Positions 53,056-64,000 of a stretch of DNA of 64,000 bases are shown here, piece by piece. Both the position numbers and the translations under genes were made by a program. The notes under the pieces are model-generated. The model was not told the origin of the DNA, did no database searches, and worked only from the letters and a program-made list of their open reading frames with translations. This DNA is from the human T2T-CHM13v2.0 reference genome, Homo sapiens, in assembly GCF_009914755.1 (NCBI RefSeq), contig NC_060938.1; one strand, 5' to 3'. The stretch's first letter is position 1; the number at the start of each line of letters is the position of its first letter.

Positions 53056-53209
53056 CTCTCTTCCTCCTTCACTCCTTTAGAATAGGGTTAGAGATGTAGA
53101 AACACATAAAATCTCATGAAATGTGCACCATAGAGAGAGAAGGATAACACAAATGACATAAAAAGTCTTGTACTAAGTTACTTGGTATTGATTCTAAAGT
53201 CAGGGTATT

Positions 53210-53531
53210 ATCTAGGGCAAGGTGGCTCACACCTGTAAACCCAGCACTTTGGGAGGCCAAGGCAGGAGGATCACTTGACCCTTGGAGTTTGAGACCAGCC
53301 TGGGCTGGGAACATAGGGAAACTCCGTCTCTACAAAAAATAAAACATTGGCCGGGTGTGGTGGTGCATGCCTCTGTTCCCAGCTCCTCTTGTGTCTGAGG
53401 TGGGAGGAACGCTTGAGCTCAGGAGTTCAAGGCTGCAGTGAGCCGTGATTGCACTACTGCAGTTTAGTCTGGATGGCAGAGCAAGAGCCTGTCTCAAAAA
53501 AAAATGAAAAAAAAAATAGAAGAAAAAGAAG
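53210..53531 (+). mobile_element. AluJ
   Basis: ggaggatcacttg, gcttgagctcaggagttcaaggctgcagtgagc; degenerate TSD taaagt...gtatta. Confidence 0.92.
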
Positions 53532-53777
53532 TAAAGTATGAGTATTAAGAAGTGAGAGAAAAGTTAGGGCTAGAATAGTTAGCAAAGATATCATGGAAAA
53601 GGTAGGATTTGAACTGGCCCCTCAAAGATGGAAACTTACAGAGTAAAGGAGGCTATTTCAGACTGGGGCATTTGGGGTGGGTAAACCATGAGAAATAGAG
53701 AAATTAGAACGAGAATGTTATAAGCCTTGATTTTCCTATTGGAATAATTGAACGCAATAGAATAATAAGTAAAAGGA

Positions 53778-54003
53778 TAATATTAATATGTGTTAGGCAC
53801 TGTCTTAAGTGCTTTATATGCTAACTCATTTATCCTTAAATAGGTAAGATTGCTATGCCAATTATACAGTTGAAGAAAGTGAGGCACAGAGACATTAACT
53901 AATCTACCTGAGTAGGTGTGGAATAAATAATCTACAACTAGTAGGCAGTGGAGCTGAGCTGGAAGCCCAGGGGATCTGACTCCAGAGTCCACCCTCCTAA
54001 CCC
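53778..54003 (-). mobile_element. MIR
   Basis: aggcactgtcttaagtgcttta...gaaagtgaggcacagaga...tctgactccagagtcc. Confidence 0.8.
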
Positions 54004-54421
54004 AGGACAGCTGCTTCAGTCACTTCCCAGCTCCCCTCACTCTGCATTGAGGATCAGCTAAGACCATTCTGTGAACATACCCTGAAAAGTATAAAGTACC
54101 ATATACGTGTAAAATGACATGGTTATTCTTATTAATGATGTCATATGAGAGGCGACAAATAGCTACCTGAAAATGAGGGAGAAAAACTATGGTCTAGCAC
54201 CCACATGCAGTTGTACTGGGCAGGTTTAGCCAGTGCACAGCATATATGCCTCACCTTCCTCTCTAGCGACTCTTGAGTCCTGAAAGCCTCACGTTTCCCA
54301 TTTGGACAGTGTTCCAGGAGGCCATTTCCAAGCCAGTATCAGAGACTAAAAACCTGTTTGGCATCTGGCAGTAGGGCTTGTGCCTCAAGTGTGATCTGCC
54401 TTTGGCCAGGACATCCTTTTT

Positions 54422-54773
<352 letters not shown>

Positions 54774-57700
54774 TAGTAACCATGATAGAAGATCTCCACT
54801 CCAAGGGCATCACCGTGGGAGGAAGCCTGCCCCTACTTACCATGTAAATATTTAGCCATTTCAATATATTTGTTCTGGACTTGTTCTTCTTATGTGTGTC
54901 TCCTGTGTTGAGTCTGTTTAATTGTAGGTTATTATTGTGTGTCTATATTGATGTCATTTCTTTAAGTACAGACACAGACAGCATTGCTTCAGCTGCCCCC
55001 ACCCCTCCTTTTAAAAATAACACCTTACACAATATCCCTTCCTTGAGGACATCAAATAAATAACTTTTGTTCAAGAGCATATCTGATGAGGTGGCTAACT
55101 TGGAAATTTGTTCCTAGGCAGACCTTGTGACCTCTGTTTCAATACATAGTGAGTGGCCTTTGCTCCCATTTTATGCTACAGATTCACTCTGGAGATAGAA
55201 TTGGTTGCACCTCTCCAGGCAGTGAGTTTGGAGAGCCCTTGGTGGTTAGGATGCCATTTGTGCTGGTGGCACAGAAATACAAGCAGTAAGCCCAGAGTTG
55301 CTTACTCTCCACTGGAGGTTTCTCAGAGGCTGGGGGGGACCCGAGACTCCTCTGCTTCAACTCCGCTCTACTATATGCCACTGGAAGTGTAGCTGAGGCT
55401 GAAGGGTATCAATGTTGGTATTTATCAGGTTGGACTCCCCCAAGTGCCCTATTTTCATACCTCCAAGGAGCAAGTGATTCAACAGAACTGTTTTCTTGGC
55501 CTCAAATGAGTCTAAGAAGGGGAAATCACTTAATACCAGCCGTCTGTGAGGGACCGATCACAAAGCTGTGTCTTTCTAATCCTCCTTGTAAATCAAAGGG
55601 AGGGGAATCCCCAGAGCCCAGGAGTACACATGAATAGAAAGCACCACAGGTAATAAAAACACCTAAAAAGGTCAGCAGAAACTCGGGGAGCTGCTGGAAA
55701 TTCACCTCCTCTGCCTTTCTATGGGACTCAGTGGGCAGTGATCAGGTAGCAGGCAAGGATACCCAACTACACACCAAAGCAACTTGGCCACAGGACACGT
55801 ACAGTGCAGCAGAAGGCTGGTAGGATAGTTTCTTCCACATCCATGTGAACCTCAGAGTCATCTGACCATTGGCCTTGTTCTCTTCCAGGTTCTAGCTGGC
55901 CAGAGACTTTTTTGGCCTCATACTAACTGCAAAATTGCACACAGTTGGCGAATACACCACTGGAAGCCACTGTGGCTGCATTGTCACAGTTCACCAATTG
56001 TGCATGTTATTTCCTGCAGTGGGCCCAAGATCACTGACAGGATGCCGTCGGGGTTGGGCTGAAGGTGGAAACAGCACACTAGCTTGCTGTTTGTGGCCTC
56101 TTTACAACTGCCGGCCCCATCTGAGATCCGGAACCAACACGTGCTAACCTCAGCCCATTGGGGCCAGTGGGGCAGCCGGCAGTGGAACCATAGCTCTCCA
56201 CACCTATGTCTATGGCACGGTAGCTGCCGGCCCACAGTTTCCACTGCATCCCCTTGCATGTGCACCCCAAGAGAAGTAGGCCAAAGAGAAAGCTGCCTTA
56301 GGGAGCCACATGGTTATCTTGTGTGTTTACTTTTGCCAAATGGCAGACACAATTCTACTTCAATGCATTTTTCTGAACTCAGTGGTCAAAAGTAGCACGG
56401 AAGCACTACTTGCGTCAGCCCCCTCTGTGATTGAGCGAGTGTGTGCTTGTGCAAAGCTGAGGAGATTTTTTTTCACCTCCTCCTTCTGCATTCCCTCAGA
56501 CTGAGCCACTCTCTTCTTTAGGGGCTCCCCTACTAGGCAGAGTGTTTCTCTAGCTTTGCCTGTGGATTTCACAGTGAAATCTACAGAAGACAGTTTTCCT
56601 CAGGGCTGATAATAAGAGGTATGAACTTATTAAGATTGGAAGCATTCTCACCATAAACACAAATTATTTCAAGTTGCTCCTTCATCCCCTTTTCCTTGGC
56701 CACTGCCATTGGTTCTGTGTAGGATGGATTTCTTAAGGTTGAAGATAAGCAATGCAAAGGTGGAATTTTGAGTACAGCACTCATCCTAATGTGGGTGAAA
56801 TATATGAAACATTTATTCTAAGCAGACTGCTACATTAACAGTTGTTATACATTCATTCTCTGCATATCTTTTGTGGACTCAACACTTTTAGGTACAGAGA
56901 GGTTAGGAGAATTTCCCAGAATTGCACAGCAGGTTAGTGACAGTGCCAGAAATAAAAGTCTGCCTGACTCCCACACCCATGTTTTCTTCAAGCCAAATTG
57001 AAGTTTGGCCTCTTCTCCACAAATATTTCACAAGAAAAATTCCCCACAGCCTTTCAGAATTTCCCAGAAAACAATTGTTGTGCAGTCCTTCAAGATGGAA
57101 ATGGCAGGCTGGAATATTGAAACCTTATCAGCTTTTATTCTAGAACTGACAGTTGATATTTTCTGAGCTGAAGCTAAGATAAAAGTTTATTTTTGTGTTT
57201 TTTTTTTTTAATCGTGGAATGATTTTTGATTTTCCAGAGCATGGCAAAACTAAGCCAGCAAATACTAAAACCACATTTGTTTTTGTGACGCTCAAACTCC
57301 GTAACAAATATTGGGTATCTCTATACAAAGCTGGATGTGGACAGGAAGGGTTTGGGATGGGGAGAGGCATGCGTCTGGGAGCGTGGCCTTTCTGGACCTA
57401 CCCTGTTCTCACTCTCTTCCTTCTGCCTCTTGCCCTCATTGCTTTCCTTATTCTCTTTCTTCCTCTTGTCTCCTTCTCACCTCCAGCTCCTACCACAGCA
57501 GACAGGTTGGGGCAGACACCGTCATGGTTGGGGAGCAGGAGGACAGCATGGGGAAAACCACTCCAGGCCTTTCTCTCAAACCTTAGTGATGAAAGGACTC
57601 AATGGACCTGAACAATTTCTCACAGGAAAGTTCCGGTCTCTGTCTCCTTAAAAGCAAGGCATTCAGTAACCCTTAACAGAGCCAGGATTAAAACTTGAAT

Positions 57701-58276
57701 TTCTGACTTATCCCAGGCCTCTGTTTGGATAGAAAGGCTAGGTCACTGTCATATATGGCAATTAGGATCACTTCAGATACAAAAGTAACATTTTTAAAGC
57801 TGTGCCTTAAGCAGAGAGACCATTTTTAGTACAAAAAGGAAAAAAAGATTAACTGTGCCTTCAGAGCTGATGAAAGGCAGAGCCTCGTCACTTTGAAAGC
57901 ATTGGATTTAGTGCCAGGCGGGTTGGTGAGTAGACTCAGCACCCACATTCTCTTCTTGCGTCTCTCTCTGGCCACCCAGATTATCCAGGGGCTGCTGTTT
58001 ACTTGAGAGCTAGAAGTATCAGGACGGACTATCACTGCACCTCGCCATCCTGGCCCAGTTAAAGTGATTTTGAAACTTCCTGATGTGTGTTAGATTGTGG
58101 CAGGTTTCTGCCAGGGAGTGGGCGGGAGGAGGAAGCAGGTGTTTTTATGGGCTAGAAATGCCCCTGAGATGCCTGAGGTTGCTTCGTGAATCCTCTAGCC
58201 CAGCCTACCCCTTCAACTCTGTTGCACAGAGACATGAGTTCCATGAAAAATTTAGTTTCAAAACTTCCCGTGGGCG

Positions 58277-58302
58277 CCGGAAATGATAACCACATGTTAT
58301 CA
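58277..58302. promoter_or_regulatory. Dense ETS/GATA/RUNX/E-box module
   Basis: CCGGAAAT, TGATAA, AACCACA, CACATG and TTATCA within 26 bp. Confidence 0.45.
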
Positions 58303-60254
58303 AGAGCCACTGAAAACCACCAAAAATTTGTCAAAATTCATATAAGATTGCCTCACATACTTGACTTTCATAGAAGCGGAAGCCATTGACCTACTTGATT
58401 TATGGTATTTATTAGCAGAGTCTGAAAAGACTTTTATCACAAGATTGATCTTGTTACAGTGTAGCATCTTGACCATCTTTCAGTGTATTTCTGGATATTA
58501 GATTTATTTGTTTATTACTTTTATAGGTGGAATTCTCTAGACCATGACATTAAGGCCTGGAGAAGTCACCTGTCAGTAGATCTGAGCTGAGAGTTTCTCT
58601 CTCTTCTCCTGTGTCCCATGTTGCCTTAGGAAGGAGAGCAGGCAGGGAAGCCTGCATGCCCTTATCTCATCTGTACTATTGGTCTTAGGTGACTCCAGTT
58701 CACTTGGTGGAAAATGGGGATTACAAAATTTGCCTCTCAGCTGCCCCCACAGAAATCTCAGTGATGGCGTTTGTCAGATTCTTGGGTCCTTAAAAAATCT
58801 GACTTTTAAATATCGAATAATTATTTTGCTGATCATGAATATCTCTTCTGCTGACCAAACAGGACCAGATATCACATTCCAACCTATTCTATCCCTGGCT
58901 GACCACAAACTCCCTCTTCTTTGTCCCCCACCAAAAGTCAGGTAAAATGAGCTGTTTCTATCAAAGGCTGTGTCTTCAGGCCTGGCCATTTCCCACTCAG
59001 GTCTCCAGGGCTATCCAATTTTCTCTTCACCTGTACATTCTAGTACTCATGGAAGGCTCCAGTATACAAAATGGCTACTCATGGGGCCCCCTCCCCTTCC
59101 ACCCCACCAAAGATATTTCTAACCTTCAATGTAGAGTAAGTTAGAATTGACATATACATTGTCCCTTAAAGGCCAGGAACATTAAGCTTGAGCAGAGGGT
59201 AGGTGTAGCCTGGGTATAGTCTAGTCATAGCCTAGCTAAAGAAAGATGAGTCAGCTGAAGGCAGAGGGTCTGCATTGGGCACATAGACTGGCAGAGAGTT
59301 GGGCTCAGTTGGCTTAATCCTCTGACTAATGACCAGTTAATTCTGCTTATTCTCTCTTAACTCAAGGTATTTGCTGCCTTAAGCTACTTTTTAAATACTT
59401 AGTGGAAATAAGTCATCTATTTTCATTAGTGTGTGTGTTGTGTGTGTGTTGGTTGGATTTTCCTGGCCAGGAGCCTCTGCCTTCTGACCAAAATGACATT
59501 GATTTCCCAGCCTTCTGCCTTAGCAGTTCATCCCATCTTTAACTGGTTCCCCTCTATCTCTTTTCTCTAGCTTATATGCCTTGCTGGCTGTGAAAGGAGG
59601 ACCTACTGGGTGGTCTATGAATCTATACCCCGTATTTCTTTTTTAAAGATCTTAATTTTTCTCCCTATTTTTCCTTGTGGGAAGGCATTAAAAATGGGAC
59701 TCAAGGTCTATGTGACACTATATGAGGTGCCATTTCCTATACAGGTGCACCTCTGTAAGCAGCATACAGTTAAGAGGGCAATGCAAAGAAGCTTTGGGAG
59801 TAAGCATTCTCTCATATATAAAGTTGAGTTGAGACAGAAGTTACTTTATACAAATATAGGGTTTCTTGTTCCTTCTAATAGGTGGATGGTATTCTTCTTC
59901 CTCGAGAGAAGCTGATTAAGTTGGATTCTGTCTATTCCTGGCTTCAGACCTAATCATGACCATTAAAAATATCTATCTTTTCCTTTGTCCAAGAATCCCA
60001 CTCTGGTCTTGCATTGTAATTGGTGGTGTTGGGGGTGTGTTGCGTGTTTTCAATAAGCCTTATTTTAGGGAAATAGCAAAAATAGCATATGTACTTTCAA
60101 TTAAATTGTTATTGCTTTTGAACATATTGACAGCAAATACTTGTTATTTGTCAGTAGTGGCCTATATGCTGTATAAAAGGGAATCAGGCATGGGTTTTAT
60201 AGCTAAACAAGCAAGGTATAAATCAGCAAAGGATAACTAATGACAGTGGTGGGG

Positions 60255-60455
60255 TAACATTTTCCATAGGCCGGGTACTGTGCTAAGGACTACCTGTGCG
60301 TTATCCAGCTGAATCCTCAGAACCATGTGAGCTAAGTATTATCATACCCAGAGAGACTATGAAGCTTGCTCCATGTCACACAGCGAGTAAATGGTAGAGC
60401 CCAGGATCTAAGTTCAGATCTGATTCCAAAGCCCTTGTCCTAAACACTGTGCAAA
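60255..60455 (-). mobile_element. MIR
   Basis: gtactgtgctaagg...gaatcctcagaacc...gtcacacagcgagtaaatggtagagcc...tctgattccaaagccc. Confidence 0.7.
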
Positions 60456-61659
60456 TTGCTCTTACACAAATTTAGTACTGAGCATCAGAAGACTCAGTCT
60501 TTCCCATGGAGCAAAGCAGCAGGAAAACCCCATGAAGCGTCAGTTAGAAACCAGACTGTGTTGAGTCTGTTTATAAATTATAATAGTATTTCATGTGTTA
60601 TTTTAAGAGTATAGTTTTCAAGTCTCTTGATTGCCTCAGAGGAAAATATACCTATAGTCTTCTTCCCAAGTTGTGATGATTGTAATCAATGCTTTGGGAA
60701 ATGTTTTCATTCTATCCTTTTTGCTGAAAACAGATTTAGAAAACCACAACAATTCAGTAAGATGGCATGATTAGCAAAGCCCTGAGTTTGGTTGCTATGT
60801 ATCCCTTTGGTGATTTGGCTTTAAGACATGTAATTAAAAGGGAGAGGATTATTAGCAAAATAAGTTAGGAGCTTGTTCTTTTGCCATTGGGGAGTGAATA
60901 TTTTCTTCCCCATCTACTCTTTCACCAGAAGTGGAAATGATGCTGGGTATCTTTTGAGGTATATCTGTAGTTCAGTTTTAGGTTCTGTAAGGTAGCATTT
61001 CATTAGTTCTGTACAATAAAACCGTCATCTCAGTACAGGTTTCCATTACAGAACCAGTGAAGTGAGAATAAAACTGAGGAAAAGTGGTCTAAATATTTTA
61101 GTCAGTGCCTTGTCATTGAATTTGTAAGTTTCTGGAGCATACAGTACCTTTATATCTTGATTTCCCCCATGTATATGGTGACATGCTTTGCATGGTAGGT
61201 ATTAAGTAAGAATTTTTTTCTCATTACTATTAACCATATCATTGGAGTCCCAATCATTTTCACCAAGCCATCATTTAAAAGAATCACAAAAATATTAGAG
61301 CTGACACATTTAGATCTCTCAGAAGTTCCACATTTTTTTTAACTAAGATAGACAAATACATTATTCAGTTTATTGGTAGATAAAGCACATAGTATTTTCA
61401 GAGCAATGTCAGTATCTTATTGGCCTTGATTTAAATGACTATATTTTTCTTACTAAGATTTTTACACAAATTCTTTGCAATTAAATAAAACTTAGGAAGG
61501 ACTAAAATAGGTAGAAATGATCAGGTACCAAAGTATATCCTGATATAGAAAATTGTGATTTAGTGTTCTATTGTTAGAACCAACTGCCTGGAGCCTATGG
61601 CATATACTAATTTATTAACCTGTATATGCTCATTCTGAAGGAAATAATAACAATAACAA

Positions 61660-61855
61660 CAATTGCTTCTATTTATTGAATATTTACTATGTGTCAGATA
61701 CTTTAAGTATCTTACATTGATTGTCTCATTTAATTCTCATAAAAATTCTATGAGATAGATATTATTTTACCTATGAACAAATGAAGCTCAAAGGTACACA
61801 GGATCAAAATTGGAATTTGAACCCAGTTTTACTGAACTTCAAAGCTCATACCCTA
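61660..61855 (-). mobile_element. MIR
   Basis: atttattgaatatttactatgtgtcaga...tctcatttaattctc...gaatttgaacccag. Confidence 0.75.
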
Positions 61856-61872
61856 TATTATAAAAGAGAAAT

Positions 61873-62212
<340 letters not shown>

Positions 62213-63127
62213 TTATTTCAAGGAGGCTACTTGACCATTTCCAGCCACTTTAATTGAAGACATATCTTAGGTGATTCTCACCAGTCTATGGAAAGTAGCA
62301 ATACGAAAGAATATGAGAGATAAGATTAGCAAATACTGAGTGGAATCCTGCAATATCTGATTATTGCTGCAGAGTGACTGGAGACTCACAAGCCCAGTGG
62401 GCACACAGAACTTAAAAGATTGTCTTTGCTACTCGAGTAATTCATTTCTTTACCTTACCTTGCCGTCCCGGTCCCTCTCAGCCCTCAATTAAGCTGCCAT
62501 TGATATAGGATTTATAATGTGTCACTGGTCCATTCAGGATACAGTGACAGAGGTGTGGCTGAAAAGCTGGATAATAAAAAATGGAGGCAACTTCCATTTC
62601 TGTTCAAATCAGGGTAGCAACAAAACCATAGCTGACCCTTGTTTCAGACCAGCACAGTCCAGCTAGACAAATATTCCAAGCACTGAATTGTGCACTAAAT
62701 GCCTAGTGCCCCTTTCAGAAGGGACATTGCCTCTGAGTGACCAAGATGCTCATAGTTTCTTCCCACGATGAGAACATCTAAACCTTGGAAAATGATTGTG
62801 GTATTCATTATGTTATAATTTTCCAGAAAAGAATCTGTATTTATTCTTCCTCTAGGCTTCTAAACAATAAGGTAGGTTTTACAAATGAGAATTTTTTAGG
62901 AATAGTTTCTTGACTATACCAAATTTGAAAATTTGTGTGGCATTCGACCACATGAATTAGGTAGTATTAGAGTCCTTTCCAGGGATCTTAAATGTTATGA
63001 ACTTTATTTTGTATAAGTAGGATTATGCTCATTTGTGTCTTAAATACACAGTGAGACTTTGGACTTTTTTTTGTTAGAATTTTATGTTAGAATTTAACTA
63101 TTTAAAAGAGGAGTGTTATTTCTTTAG

Positions 63128-63543
<416 letters not shown>

Positions 63544-63604
63544 CCAAATTTTAAATTATTAATTGTATTCAACACCAGTAATATCTTAGGTTGTGGTTGC
63601 AATT

Positions 63605-63935
<331 letters not shown>

Positions 63936-64000
63936 TGGATATAACTTTAAAAATTAAAGTCTGATAAAATGTGTACATGTGCATTTAATTGTGGTTAGCT

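Overview
Primate (almost certainly human) non-coding, AT-rich euchromatic DNA, most likely from a long intron or an intergenic region. I found no protein-coding exon, CpG island or functional RNA gene, and I cannot name the locus. The ORF track consists of chance ORFs and Alu/microsatellite translations. A large part of the window is interspersed repeats: about 14 Alu elements or monomers, L1 fragments, L2, MIR, Tigger3, a MER113-like element, three MER34/MER39-family solo LTRs and one 7SL (SRP RNA) pseudogene. The best-supported notable structure is a three-layer stack at 7.77-8.93 kb, where an old L1PA 3' end inserted into the tail junction of a 7SL pseudogene and a consensus AluYa5 later re-used the same TT/AAGA nick. 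A short L1PA3-like copy with a ~31-bp twin-priming 5' inversion lies at 31.6 kb. Two TE-poor unique blocks (~15.5-24.8 kb and ~54.8-60.2 kb) contain candidate regulatory features: tandem CTCF motifs, an AP-1 cluster, an ETS/GATA/RUNX palindrome, and a strong splice acceptor plus polyA signal that could define a cryptic terminal exon. I see no convincing new biological system. Repeat subfamily calls come from recalled consensus sequences, and boundaries of old repeats are approximate.
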